Made by a program: the position numbers and the translations under genes
In this document: positions 36,345 through 50,585 of the stretch, in pieces
Position numbering within the stretch: position 1 is the first letter of the stretch
Layout of the letters: every line of letters begins with the position of its first letter
Assembly: GCF_963921235.1 (NCBI RefSeq)
Contig: NC_086108.1
Coordinates: 104,038,001 to 104,102,000, forward strand
Direction: 5' to 3'
Length of the DNA stretch: 64,000 nt
Source of the DNA: Mobula hypostoma
Lineage: Eukaryota
The notes under the pieces: model-generated
Databases searched by the model: none
Told to the model about the DNA's origin: nothing
The model's input: only the letters and a program-made list of their open reading frames with translations

Positions 36345-38454
36345 AATATAATGTTACCGGTGCTTTATACGTGATGAGACCTGGGTTGTGACAGGGAGTT
36401 CAGTAGTCTCACAGCCAGGGGGAAGAAGCTGGTTCCCATCCCAACAGATCTTGTCCTGATGCTATGGTACCTCCTGCTTCATGGTAGGGGGTCAAAGAGA
36501 TTGTTGGGCAGATGGGAAGGATCATTGACAGTGCTAAGGGCCAGTGCTCCTGATAAATATCTCTGGTGAGCGGAAGAGAGACACTGATGATCCTCTCGGC
36601 AGTACTCACAATGCTTTTCAGGGACTTGCAGTTGGATGCCTTGCAATTCCTGTCCAGATTTTGATGCAGCTGCTCAGGACACTCTTGATGGTCCAGTAGT
36701 TTTAAAGACCTTAGGACGCCCAAAGAGTTTGCAACTAAATAAGTTTATTAGAAGAGTGTTCACGTCAGGAGTAAATAGCCAAGTACTCATTGCAACGTAT
36801 TCCTCAGAGATTCTGCTGACACCACTGTTGTTGGCAGAATCTCAGATCATGACAAGGAGGTGAACAGGAGTGAGGTTAATTGGCTGTTGACTTTGTCTAA
36901 ATGGTATCCTCAAAGTTCAAAGTAAATTTACTATCAACGTATCTACGTAGATGTCACCATATACTGCCCCAAGATGCATTTTCTTGGGGGCATTCAAAGT
37001 AGAACAAAAAATACTATAGAATTAATGAAAAACTACACAGAAACAAATACTGACAAACAACCAATGTGCAAGAGAGTACAAAACTATGCCAATACATAAA
37101 AGTAAAAAATAATGATAAATAAGTCAGTAAAATATTGAAAATTTGAGTCTTTGAAAGTGAGTCCATAGGTTGAGGAATCTGTTCAACTTTGAGGTGAGTG
37201 AAGTTATCCACTCTGGTTCAGAAGCCTGATGGTTGAGGGGTAATAAATGTTCCTGACGCAAGAGGTGCTGCAGATGCTGAAAATCTAGAGCAATACACAC
37301 AAGTGCTGGAGGAGCTCAGCAGGTCAGGAGGTACCTATGAATGGGACAGTCGATGTTTTGGGCCAAGAGCCTTCATCTGGACTGGAAAGGAAAGAAGAAT
37401 TGGAATTAGAATTTTATTTCTTACATTCATCTCACAACGTGAGGGAGTAGAAACCTTAATGTTGCGTCTCCATCGCTATGTGCAAGCAACAAAGAAGGGA
37501 AATGTGGGAGGAATTGCCCAAACACTAAGACTGTATACGTAATTGTTTTGTATACATGTTTGTACAATCAGATACAATGTACAGACGGATATGCAATCAG
37601 ATCAATGTGATGGCCTGGTGAAAGAGGCTGTCCTGGAGCCTGTTGGTCCTGTGGTACCGTTTGCCAGACAGAAGCAGCTGAAACGGAACTGTTTCTGAAC
37701 CTGGTGATGTGGGACCCAAGGCTCCTGTACAACTTTCCTGATGGTCTCGGCGTCAGCAAGACCAAGGAATCGGTTGTGGACTTCAGGAAGGGGAAGTCGG
37801 GAGAACACACAACAGTCCTCATCAAGGATTCAGCAGTGGAAAGAGTGTTACCAGAGACACCCGTAAATTTCTACAGATGTACCGTGGGGAGCATTCTGAC
37901 TGGTTGCATCGCCGTCTGGTATGGAAGCTCCAAATGCACGGTTCAGTACCTTTTACACCTTATTCTGCATTGTTGTTATTTTACCTTAATCTAGCTCAAT
38001 GTACTGTGTAATGATGCAATCTGTATGAACAGTTTTTCACTGTATCTCAGTACATGTGACAATAATAAATCATAAACCATGAATCGGTTTTCAATGGCTG
38101 AACTTCAGAATGTTTAATTCTGGAAAATTCTAACTAGGTTTCCTTGTATAACCCAGTCTTGCCAACGATATCTGTTCACAGATTATTATTATCACAGGAG
38201 TAAACCAATCTGTATATAAATAGTCCTTGAGTGTGTTTGAAGTAATTTGGCATCTGGTAATGTGATCTTGTTTTTTCCCCGAGCAGCCTTTGGGCTATTT
38301 TTTCCTTTTGTACCATTCAGTTTAGTGTTGAAAAGGAAGTGTGGATCAATATGTTGCTCGTCCACTTGGCAGAAAGTGCCACTATAAAGAAGGCACAGCA
38401 AGGCAAGGCACCTCTACTTTCTTGAAAGTTTGCACAGATTTGGCATGTCATCTG

Positions 38455-39262
38455 AAACTTCAAAGGTTCCAAGGTTCATTTAATATCAGAGAATGTATAC
38501 CAAATACAACCCGAAATTCGTATACTTCACGGACGTCTACAAAACAAGAAATCCCCATAGAATGAATGATAGAAACATTGAAGCCTCTGAGCACCCCCCC
38601 CGCTTCCCTTTGCACAAGCAGCAGTAAAAGCATCGTCCCACCCACCCCTCCCCCACAAAGAGACCTTCATCCACAGTCTTCAGAACTACAGTCCATAACC
38701 CCACACTTTGCTATCTCAGACAGGCCCTCTCTCTCCATCGAGAGAGGGAGAGATCGCTCCTGCAATGTGGAGAAAGGCAACTCACTGTTCTGATGTTACA
38801 ATCTTCCGCGTCCCTTCTCCAAGCCCCTTGTCTCAAGGACTGACAGGTTCTCACTCTGCATCAAAAGGGAGCGAGAAAGAGGGATTGTCTGAGTACGGGG
38901 GCCTTCCTCCGACAGCAGCCGGTGATTAGCAGACACACCGCCGGCTGTCTTGGTGTTCCAGTCTCCCACGACGTTTCAGTTGGCGAAATCAGTGAGGAAC
39001 CAGGTGACCCACGTGGCTGCTCTCTGACTTGTAACCCCTCCCCCCCCCCGAGCCCCAAGGGCACACGTCTTCCAGGCCAATCCTGGAGACAGCGAAGCGC
39101 TAGGTCACACAGTCACCACTTGCAAAGACGTGGTTTGAACCCTAGATCATGGACCCTGGCAGAACCACAACCATCTTGAAAAGAAAGACATAAGAGAAGA
39201 AAAATAAGCTGTTTAACTGGAAGAAGTCGGCTGAGTTATCAAAATCCGTTGGCACCATCTTT
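38455..39262 (-). repeat. Unclassified non-autonomous retroelement-like repeat
   Basis: Minus strand starts AAAGATGGTGCCAAC and ends in a (TTGAA)-type tail; same architecture as 50717-51397; no credible ORF. Confidence 0.45.
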
Positions 39263-41634
39263 CCTCGCTCCTCCTCCTTTGACAGACTTCTATAGATGCA
39301 CGGTGGAGAGTATCCTGACTGGTTGCGTCACACCCTGCTATGGAAATACCAATGCCTTTTGAATGGAAAAGTCTACAAAAAGTAGTGGATACAACCCAGT
39401 CGGTTACAGGAAAAGCCCTGCCCACCATTGAGCACATCTATAAGTCGCACTGCCACAAGAAGACAGCGTCAATCATCAAGGACCCCCACCATCTAGCCAA
39501 TGCGCTCTTCTCGCTGTTGCCAATGGGAAGGAGGTACAGAAGCCTTAGGTCCTGCACCATCAGGTTCAGGAGCAGTTATTAAGCACTCAACCATCAGGCT
39601 CTTGAATCAGAGAGGATAATTTCACTCAAATTACTCACCCCAGCACTGAACTGTTCCCAAGAACTATGTCCTCAGTTTCATGGACTTCTTTATTTGCTGA
39701 TACCTCCTGCTGATGAATCAGAAAAGAACAAGGAACAATGGAGGCATAGCTTTGGGCAGGAGGCACAGAAGCCTTAGGTCCCACACCAGGTTCAGGAACA
39801 TTTATTACCCCTCAACCATCAGCCTCCTGAACCAGCATGGATAACTTCACTCACCTCAACATTAAAGTGATTTCACAACTGTGAACTGACGTTCAAGGAC
39901 TCTACAACTCAGGTTCTCTGGTTTATTAATTTTTTTTTGGTATTTGCACAGTCTGCCTTCTTTTGCACATTGGCTGTTTGTATTAGTTTTTCACAGATTC
40001 TATTGTATTTGTTGTTCTACAGTAAATGCCTGCAAGAACATAAATCTTGGAGTGATATGGTATATAGTGACATATACATACTTTGTTTACAAACTTATTT
40101 TGAACTTTGAAGAAAGGATTGCTTGATGAGATCTTGGGGAGTAAAGCAAGTCAATAGTGTGATCAGCTTGTCCAGTTAATGCCTACTTACGATATGCACG
40201 GCCTGCTGGCCACAGTTGAACTTCCAATGAGTCCAACAGGAGAGAACTGCAGGGCTCTTAATGAATCCAATGTTCATTGGTGTTCGGGGAGGTCATTTGA
40301 CCAACCCTTGCCAGCCATGTTGCTATGGCTTCCCGATTGACTTGGAAGGCACAGGGAACATTCCTGGCTGCATCATTTTTGGCATGGGTGTGGCTTCATA
40401 CGTCATATGAGGTCAAAAAGATGCTGTATTGCCGCAGTATTATTTATTTTTTACTTGCACAATTTACCTCTTTGCACATTAGTTGTTTGTCAGTCTTTGT
40501 TTATGTACAATTATTCGTAAATATCTCGGAAATGATGGTCTGACTACTCTAAGAACATAGAACCTTAGTTGAGTATAAGCCAAAAGCAATGTGCAGAGAG
40601 TACTCTGAAGATCAAAAGAACAAAGCAAGCTAGTTCAGGTTGTATATGGTATCAAGATCTCTGAGGGTCTAACCTGGTCCCAACATATCGATGCAGCCTT
40701 AAAGAAGGCCAAACAGTGGCTATATTTCATTAGGAGTTTGAAGAGATTTGGTTTGTCAACCAGAACACTCGAAAACTTCTATAGATGTACCGAGGAGAGC
40801 ATTCAGACAGGCTGCATCATTGTCTGGTATATGCGGGGGGGGGGGGGGGAGCTACTGCAACGGACTGAAAGAAGCTGCATTAAAGTTGTAAAATTAGTCA
40901 GATCCATCTTGGGTACTAGCCTCCGTAGTATCCAAGACATTTCCAAGGAGTGGTGCCTCAAAAAGGCAATGTCCATCATTAACGACCCCCATCACCTAGA
41001 TCTAATTGTTACCATCAAGAAGGAGGTACAGTTATCTGAAAGCACACACTCAGCGATTCAGGAAAAGCTCCTTCCCCTCTGCCATATGATTCCTAAATGG
41101 ACATTGAACCCATGAATTTTCCCTCAATTTTTTTTTTCTTTTTTAAATAGATATATCTCTGTTTTTGTACTTCTTTTATTTGCACTTACTGTAATCGATT
41201 AACTTGGTTATTAATTATATCTTTTCTCTCTATATATGATCATGTATTGCATCGAACTGCTGCTGCTAAGTTAACAAATTTCATGACACATGCTGATAAT
41301 AATAAACCAGTTTCTGGTTCCTATTGGATGAGATCAATGTGGTCTGCAAAATCCAAAGCGGGGACTGTAGCAAATACTACGTCAGCCAAACAGGGAGAAA
41401 ACTATCTACAAGGATCCATTAACATTGGCTGTCTGTCAAGTGGGATGATCAACTGTCTCTAGTCTCCACCCCTGAGTATTGAGAGGGGCACAAACTCGAC
41501 TGGCATCAGTGAAAGTCATGGCACAAGCAAACACACGGCGTACAAGAGAATTCCTGGAAGCAGAATTCTGCAAACAAACATGTAGACCACCCATTGTGGT
41601 TCAACTCCAAATTGCCATTCTGACATGTCAGTCT

Positions 41635-42340
41635 TGTCGCCACACCTCCTCCCTTGCTACCATTCAGGGCCCCAGACAGTACTTCCAGGTGAGGCGACAC
41701 TTCACCTGTGAGTCTGTTTGGGGCCATCTACTGTGTCCAGTGCTGCCTGTGTGGCCTCCTGTGTATCGGTGAGACCTGTTGCAGATGGGGAGACTGCTGT
41801 GCTGAGCACCTATGTTCTGTCCACCAGAAGAAGTGGGACCTCCCAGTGGCCACTCATTTTAATTCCAGTTCCCATTCCCATTCCAACATGTCAGTCCATG
41901 GCCTCCTCCACTGTCGTGATGAGGCCACACTCTCAAGTTGGAGGAACAACACTTTATATTCTGTCTGGGTAGCCTCCAACCTGTCCACTGCTCCCCCAGT
42001 CTTGATGTTATCCACAAATTTACTACTCCAGTTAACTACATTTTGATCAAGATCAATATGGATGACAAAACAACAAAGGACTCAGCACAAATCCCTGTGG
42101 CACACCACTAGCCACAGGCCTCCAGTCAAAGATGCAACCCCCTACTACAACTCTCTGGCCTCACTCACAAAGCCAATGTCTAATCCAATTTACTACCTCA
42201 TCCTGAATGCCAAGCGCCTGAACCTTCTTGACCAGCCTCCCATGTGGGACCTTGTCAAATGCCTCGCTCATGTCCATGTAGGCAACATCCATTGCCTTGC
42301 CTTCATCCACTTTCCTGGTAACTTCCTTGAAAAACTCTAT
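41635..42340. mobile_element. Penelope GIY-YIG fragment (+) abutting CR1 RT fragment (-)
   Basis: AIYCVQCCLCGLLCIGET (41708..42046); DMSEAFDKVPHGRL (42161..42364 -). Confidence 0.75.
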
Positions 42341-44209
42341 AAGGACTCCTACCACCAGGTTCAAGAACAGTTACCACCCCTCAACCATGAGGCTCTTGGA
42401 CAAAACTGGATAATTATACTCATCTATGGAGATGTTCCCACAACCAACGATCTCACTTTAAGCACTCTTCTTCTTGTTATTTCGTGCTCTCGTTATTTAT
42501 ATCTGCATTTTAACAGTTTGTTGACGTCTATGTTCTTGCTCTTTCATTGATCCTGATTTCAGTTACTACTCTATAGATTTGCTAAGTATGCCCACAGGAA
42601 AAATAATCTCAGGGTTGTGCGTGATGACATGTGTGTACTCTGATAATAAATCTTACTTTGAACTTTAGAACTGGAATTCATGAGAGTGAGTCCATAGCCA
42701 CGAAGCTAGTGACAACCGATCCAGCAGCCTGGTAGTTGCAGGCCAGAGCCTTGGTTCTATCGTGTCACCGCCAATTGTGTTTCTTTGTTTTGTGGCTGCC
42801 TGCCATAAGACGAATCTCAAGTTTGTACATACTATATGTACTTTGATAATAACTGTACTTTGAACAACTTTCCTCCCACAGATTCTGCTTGACTTGCCGA
42901 GTTCTTCCAGCAGATTTTTTGCTGCTCCTGATTCCAGCCTTGGCATTCTCTTGTATCTCCAGCAGCTGTGCCCACCTCAGGGCTGATCAGTCAGTTCAGT
43001 TACTGAGAACACAGAGCCCCCCAATAGAGATCGGCATTCTTCTAAAGGTAGGGATTTCTCTTTGTCGTAGACCTAATTGGCCAGCACCCCCCCACCCCCC
43101 CTACCTTAACCAGCCACTATCCTGAGACAACTCCTGCTTGTAGATTGTCCAACACGAGGAAACAAGCTCTCTGACCTAACCTGTCAACCAGTTTCAGAAT
43201 ATTACTCATTTCAAACTTATATTTATATTTATTGTTTATTATGCTTGTTGTGTTCTTAATGCCGCATTGGATTCGGAATCACAATCATTTCATTCTCCTT
43301 TACACTCGTGTACCGAAGAAATGACAATTAACAATCTTCAACCTCCAGTGAGAGAGGCTGTAGTTTTTTTCTATACACATAATGTTCTTGTATCTCAGCC
43401 AACATTCTTCCCTAACTAACATCACGTAGATAAAGCCAGGATTATTGGTGATTCACTTCAACGCCATCTGTATGAAGTTATTGGCTCTGACGGCTTTTGA
43501 GGGCACATGAGTGTCACAAGCTAATGAACATGTATTACAAACCTCTAGTTGCCCTTGAGAAGGTGATGACAACCTTCCAGAACCTCTGCAGCCCATTTGA
43601 TGAAGCCTTGTTAATGGGAGAGGTCAGAGGAGAATGGGCAGACTGGTTTAAACTGACAGGAAGGTGACAGTAACTCAGATAACCTCACATTACGACAGTG
43701 GTGTGCAGAAGAGCATCAATGGATACACAACCCGTTGAACTTTGAAGTGGATGGGCTACAGCAGAAGAAGGCTATGAACATAGACTTAGTGGCCACTTTA
43801 TTAGGTATAGGAGGTTGTTCAATAAGGTGTGTATCTCTGAGGTTCATGGAGGGTATCTGCAATGATATTGCTGCTGACAGGAGGATCCAAAACATGGGAA
43901 ATATCAGTGAAACTACTCACAACATGCACTGAGGCTATGATATCTTTTTTGAACATGGTACAGGCCTTGAAGGAACATTTCAAATGATCTGTCATAACAT
44001 GCAAAACCTAATTTTCCACTCTACTTCAGTACATGTGAAAAAATGAACCAATCACCTTCCATCAGACACCAAAGTTGAAAACACATAGGGTAGTTTCCAT
44101 CTAGCTGAGCAGACCCATTATTTTATTTATTTATTTATTTGTTGAGATACCACGCAGAATAGGCACTTCCACACAATACCCAGAAACTCACCTATTTAAC
44201 CCTTGCCTG

Positions 44210-46456
44210 ATGAACCTGTTGAAATTCTTTGAGAAAATTACAAGTAGGATAGATAAAGGGGATGCAGAAGATGTTGTATATTTGGACTTTTAGAAGGCCT
44301 TTGACAAGGTGCCACACATGAGGCTGCTTACCTAGTTAAGAGCCCATTGTATTATAGGAAAGTTACTGGCATGGTTAGAGCTTTGGCTGATTGGTATGAG
44401 ACAGTGAATGGGAATAAAAGGATTCTTTTCTGGTTGGCTGCCAGTGACTAATAGTGTTCTGCAGGGGTCAGTGTTGGGACCACTTCTTTTTATGCTGTAT
44501 ATCAATAATTTAGATGTTGGAATTTGTTCAGTGGCAAGGTGGCTTTGTTGCCGAGTGTGCAGATGATACAAAGATTGGTGGAGGGGCAAGCAGTGTTGAG
44601 GAAACAGGTAGGATGCAGAAGGACTTAGACAGATAAGGAGAATGGGCAGGAAATACAATTTTGGAAATGCATGGTCATGCACTTTGTTAGAAGAAATAAA
44701 TGTGCAGCTATTTTCTGAACAGGGAGAAAATCCAAAAATCTGAGATGCAAAGGGGCTTGGGAGTCCTTGTACAGAACACCCTAAAGGTTACCTTGCAGGC
44801 TGAGTCAGTGGTGAAAAAGGCAAATGCAGTATTAGCATTCATTTCAAGAGGTCTAGAACATGAGACCAGAGATGTGATGCTGAGGCTTTATAAAACACTG
44901 GTGATGCCTCAACTTGAGTATTGTGGATAGTTTTAAACATAGAAACATAGAAAATAGGTGCAGGAGTAGGCCATTCGGCCCTTCAAGCCTGCACCGCCAT
45001 TTATTATGATCATGGCTGATCATCCAACTCAGAACCCCACCCCAGCCTTCCCTCCATACCCCCTGACCCCTTTAGCCACAAGGGCCATATCTAACTCCCT
45101 CTTAAACATAGCCAATGAACTGGCCTCAACAGTTTGCTGTGGCAGAGAATTCCACAGATTCACCACTCTCTGTGTGAAGAAGTTTTTCCTAATCTCAGTC
45201 CTAAAAGGCTTCCCCTCTATCCTCAAACTGTGACCCCTCGTTCTGGACTTCCCCAACATCGGGAACAATCTTCCTGCATCTAGCCTGTCCAATCCCTTTA
45301 GGATCTTATACGTTTCAATCAGATCCCCCCTCAATCTTCTAAATTCCAATGAGTACAAGCCCGGTTCATCCAGTCTTTCTTCATATGAAAGTCCTGCCAT
45401 CCCAGGAATCAATCTGGTGAACCTTCTTTGTACTCCCTCTATGGCAAAGATGTCTTTCCTCAGATTAGGGGACCAAAACTGCACACAATACTCCAGGTGT
45501 GGTCTCACCAAGGCCTTGTACAACTGCAGTAGTACCTCCCTGCTCCTGTACTCGAATCCTCTCGCTATAAATGCCAGCATACCATTTGCCTTTTTCACCG
45601 CCTGCTGTACCTGCATGCCCACTTTCAATGACTGGTGTATAATGACACCCAGGTCTCGTTGCACCTCCCCTTTTCCTAATCGGCCACCATTCAGATAATA
45701 ATCTGTTTTCCTATTTTTGCCACCAAAGTGGATAACTTCACATTTATCCACATTAAATTGCATCTGCCATGAGTTTGCCCACTCACCCAACCTATCCAAG
45801 TCACCCTGCATCCTCTTAGCATCCTCCTCACTGCTAACACTGCCACCCAGCTTCGTGTCATCCGCAAACTTGGAGATGCTGCATTTAATTCCCTCATCCA
45901 AGTCATTAATATATATTGTAAACAACTGGACTCCTTATCTAAGAAAAGATGTACTGGCTTTGGAGAGGATTCAAAGGAGGTTCACAAGGATGATTTGGGA
46001 ATGAAAGGATTATCATATGAGGTATGTTTGATGGCATTGAGCCTGTATTTGCTGAAATTTAGAAAGGTGAGGGCGGGGGGATCTTATTGAGACCTTCGAA
46101 TGTTGAAAGGCTTAATGAGAGTAGATGTAGAAAGGATGTTTCCCAAGTTGGGGAAGCCTAGGACAAGAGGACACAGTCTCAGGGCATCATTTAAAACAGA
46201 GATGCAGAGAAATTTCTTTAGCCAGAGGTTGATGAATTTGTGAAATTTGTTACCACAGGCAGCTGTGGAGGCCAGGTTGTATTTAAGGCAGAGATTGATA
46301 GTTTTTTGATTGGCCACGGCACCAAAGAGTACGGGGAAAAGGCCAGGGAGATGGGCTGAGGAGGGAAAAACAAAGGATCAGCCATGATTGAAAGGCGGAG
46401 CAGACTTGATGGGCCAAATGGTCTAATTCTGCTTCTATGTCTTATGGTCTTATGGT
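44210..46456 (+). mobile_element. Older CR1 RT/3' fragment inserted in a V-SINE and itself interrupted
   Basis: DF-KAFDKVPH and QGSVLGPLLF-like coding at ~44280-44490; LEYC|(insert)|WTPYLRKD; (TCTTATGG)n tail; V-SINE halves at ~44120-44210 and 46457-46660. Confidence 0.8.
44935..45927 (-). mobile_element. Young 5'-truncated CR1 with uninterrupted 298-aa RT/C-terminal frame
   Basis: ORF 45029..45925 FTIYINDLD...KFADDTK...RKNFFTQRVVNLWNSLP with no stops; (TTTCTATG)n tail. Confidence 0.9.
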
Positions 46457-47180
46457 CTAATCACGGGACAATTTACAATGATCAATTAACCTATCAACCG
46501 GTAGATCTTTGGACTGCAGGAAGAAACCAGAGCACCCGGAGGAAACCCATGCGGTCATAGGGAAAACATACAAATGCCTTACAGGCAATGGTGGGAATTG
46601 AACCCAGGTCGCTGGTACTGTAAAGCATTGTGCGAACCGCTATGCTACCGCGCCACCCACAAAGGTGAACTCCTGTCCTCATCATGGCTCCTGCACTTTA
46701 TTGTCTGCCTGCACTGCACTTTCTGTGTAACTGTAACACTTTATTCTGCATTCCGTTATTGCTTTTTCCTTGAGGTACTTGTGCTTTAAAATGATCTGTG
46801 TTGATGGCACAGTAGCACAGGAGTTAGTGTAATGCTATTACAGTGTCAGGTTCGATTCCTGCTGCTGGCTGTAAGGAGTTTGCACGTTCTCCTCTGACCT
46901 CTGGGTGCTCTGGTTTCATATAACCATATAACCATATAACAATTACAGCACGGAAACAGGCCATCTCAGCCCTTCTAGTCCATGCCGAACTCTTACTCTC
47001 ACCTAGTCCCACCGACCTGCACTCAGCCCATAACCCTCCATTCCTTTCCTGTCCATATAGCTATCCAATTTTTTTTTAAATGACAACATTGAACCTGCCT
47101 CAACCACTTCTGCTGGAAGCTCATTCCACACAGCTACCACTCTCTGAGTAAAGAAGTTCCCCCTCATGTTACCCTTAAAA

Positions 47181-49438
47181 TAATGGTCATCAACCTTTTT
47201 AAGCCCAAGATCCCCTACCTCTACCTCAGTGAAAGGCAAGATCTACCTACTAAATCATTTAGAGAAAAAACAGCTCAGATTGTACTTCCAATTTGAGGCA
47301 TTTTATTTGGGCGAATTGTATTTGAATTACACAAAATACTTTTGTCAAACTTTCAAATTAATTCAAACAAGAAAACACTGTAACTAGCATATCAAACAGC
47401 CATAGCTGTCTTTCTTTAAGGATATTACAATACTTCACACCTTTAATTCTAAGTTTCATTATTTAATTTTATTTCAACATGAAAAATAAATGAATAAAAA
47501 TTGACTGTTGCACTCAGTGTGATGACTTGGGCTGAATACTTTCTGCTAGTTCCCTGAAATTTGGCTCATAACTACAGACAGCCAGTCTGAGACAGTTTGT
47601 GAGGTGTGGGGTTGCCAACTGTCCCGTATTCCCCCTGCTAAGGTAGAGCATTCCTATGAAACCTTTCATGCTGAAATGCTTTACGCTGAAGAAGCAATTA
47701 CCATTAATTTATATGGAAAAAAATTCTGAGCGTTCCCAGACCCAAAAAAATAACCTACCAAATCATACCAAATAACACATAAAACCTAAAATAACACAAA
47801 CGTATAGTAAAAGCAGGAATGATATGATAAATACACAGCCTATATAAAGTAGAAATAATGAAGATTAAGCCAAACCGATTCGTTGGGTAAAGAAAAATCA
47901 ACACGTACACGCATGCGCACACAGGTGCCCGCGCAAGGCTTTATAGTCATGGTAGTCTTTCTCGGGGTGAACACGTGTCCCGGCATTTGACTGCCACTTT
48001 TGTGCCTTATTTGGGAGTGAGAAAGTTGGCAACCCTAGTGAGGTGTCTGTCAGTAAGTCAGCTCCTGTACTTAGACTTAATAATTTTCATCCGTGAAAGT
48101 GCAATTTCACATAGATAAGTTGACCCGAAGTAGGCACTGACTTTCAGTGGTATAAAACCAACGCACACACCACGCATTGCTCGGCCCCCATCAGTAGTAA
48201 TTGCCACCAGTTTATGAATGGGGATGTAATTTTCACAGACATATTTTTTAAACTCATTGTAAGTATCCTCACCTCTCGTTCTTTCCTTTAATTGCAAAAG
48301 AGTGAGGAAGTCCTCCTTTGTTGTAAAATCCTGGAAAGCCATTCTGACAAATACAACAAGCTGAGCTGTTTGCCTTACATTCAGGGATTCATCGAACTGT
48401 AGTGAAAAATATTCACGTCCTCTGACGGTGACTCTACCCTCCTTGTCACTGTTACAGGGCCAAGCGGTATATTATGTATTGCGGTTGTGATGCCGTTTTT
48501 GTTTTAAAAGTCATTAAAAACAGTCTCTGCGGTAATAGCCATTGCTTCCTTGAATAAATCGCCATCTGTAAAAGGCTTCTTGTGTTTAGCCAAAAGGTGA
48601 GTTACACGAAATGATGCTTCAATAGCAACCTTATTTTGAGCAGCATGTTTTGTGAAAAACGATTGCTGGGCCTTCAACCCCGATTTCAGCTCCTCAACTT
48701 TCCTGGCACGAATTACGCTCTTTGGGGGGTAGGTGTCTTTAAATTTCTGGTGGTTGGTGTTGTGGTGCCGCTCCAGATTCCCTCTTTTAGCCAGTGCTTG
48801 TGTTTGGTGGCACAATATACATACACACTTGTCTTTCACCAAGGTAAATAGAAATTCCTCTTCCCATTCTGGATGGAATTTGTATGTTTTCGCCTTCTTT
48901 CGTGGAGCCTCCGCCATGTTATCAGGATATCACGAGCGATTGCCGATGGCATTGCCTCTGATCTGAGCCGACGCTCACCTAATTAATTAGCTTGTTTATT
49001 TCGGCTTTTTTTCTTAAAGGTGTGCTGAGCGCATCCCGACTACCGCTGCACCCCTGCATGCTTCGCGGCCCGGAGGTTGGGGACACTGCCGTATATTGAT
49101 GTTTGCGACAGTCTGTACTGTTACCTAATCTAATTGGTCACTTTGATGCAGCACAAGCTACGCTGAAAACGCGGTGCCTGGCAGGGGAACTACATACATG
49201 CGCACTGGGCAGAAAGAACGGAACTAAACCCCCGCAACCCGGAAACAATCTCTCTTTACAAACAGCTTTTTAGTAAAAATATTGCTATATTACCATTATC
49301 CTAATTAGTATTACTTACTTTTATAACGCTCACATTACAACAGTATTTGTGTATTTATTTTTGATTTTTCTTTGGGATCTACTGGGAAAGTCTCAAAGAT
49401 CGACTGGTCAATCGTGATCGACGGGTTGGCGACCCCCA
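47181..49438 (-). mobile_element. Internally deleted hAT transposon (Buster/SPIN/GTF2IRD2-like transposase remnant)
   Basis: ORF 48504..48917 FHPEWEEEFLF...CVCILC...NLERHH (BED-like finger) KPFTDG; LVAITTDG; FGSTYLCE. Decayed TIRs TAATGGTCATCAACC / GGTTGGCGACCCCCA; imperfect TSD CCTTAAAA / CTCTAAAA. Confidence 0.85.
47607..48037. mobile_element. hAT MITE nested in the transposase 3' end
   Basis: TIRs T(A/G)GGGTTGCCAACT; perfect 8-bp TSD GTGAGGTG (47599-47606 and 48038-48045). Confidence 0.88.
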
Positions 49439-50585
49439 CTCTAAAATTAGCCCTTTAACGCTCAACTCATGTTCCTCCCACATTTCAACGACGTATGGGG
49501 TAGAACTTCAATTGGCCAGCATGGGCTCGTTGGACTGGAAGGGTCTGTTACCGTACTGTATCTCTAAATAAAAACTTTTAAAAATGGGAAGTTTTTCACT
49601 CTATCTCGGTAGATGTGATGACAATAAACCAGTTATCATTTTCAGTCCTCTGTTGCCATGAATTGCTGAGAGGTCTCAAGTTTGTTGCCGGGACTCTAAC
49701 AGTGAAAGAAACATGCAGGTTTGCCCTTGCTATGGACTTGAGAATGTGAGGCATCTTTGCCTGGGTCATATAAAGGAAAAATATGTTTCTGACAGGGATG
49801 AAATGCAGGAATATCTGGGAGAGAAACCACGAGATGGCAGTGTAGAGGCTCATTTGATCAAAATCAGAATCAGGTTTAATATCACCGGCATATGTCGTGA
49901 AATTTATTGTCTTCACGGCAGCAGTACAATGTAATACATAATAATAGAACTGTGAATTACAGGAAGTGTACATATATTAGCTAAGTTAAATATGTAGTGC
50001 AAAAACAGAAACAAAGAAGTAGTGAGCTAGTGTTCATGGTTCAATGTCCATTCAGAAACTGGATAGCAGAGGGAAAGGAGCTGTTCCTGATTGTTGGGTG
50101 CGTGCCTTCGTACTCCTGCACCTCCTCCCTGATTGTAACAAGGCATGTCCTTGGTGCTGGCGGTCCTTAATGATGGACACCGCCTTTTTCAGACATCACT
50201 CCTTGAAGATGTCCTGGATGCTACGGAGACTAGTGCCCGCGATGGAGCTGACTAAGTTTGCAACTCTCTGCAGCTTCCTTCAATCCTGTACAGTAGCCCC
50301 TCGCACCCATACCAGACGGTGATGCAGCGTGTTAGAAAGCCCTCCACAGCATATCTGTAGAAATTTGTGGATGTCTTCGGTGACAGACAAAATCTCCTCA
50401 AACTCCTAATGAAATATAGCTGCTGCCGTGCCTTCTTTATAACTGCATCGATATGTTGGGTCCAGGTTAGATCCTCAGAGATCTTGACACCCAGGAACTT
50501 GACATTGCTCACTCTGTCCACTTCTGATCCCTCTGTAAGGATTGGTGTGTGTTCCCTCATTTTACCAATCAATGTTGAGCCCCAG

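Noticed and set aside
48504..48917. Domesticated ZBED/GTF2IRD2-like host gene
   Set aside because: Lies within TIRs/TSD, is frameshifted, lacks most of the catalytic region and is interrupted by a MITE.
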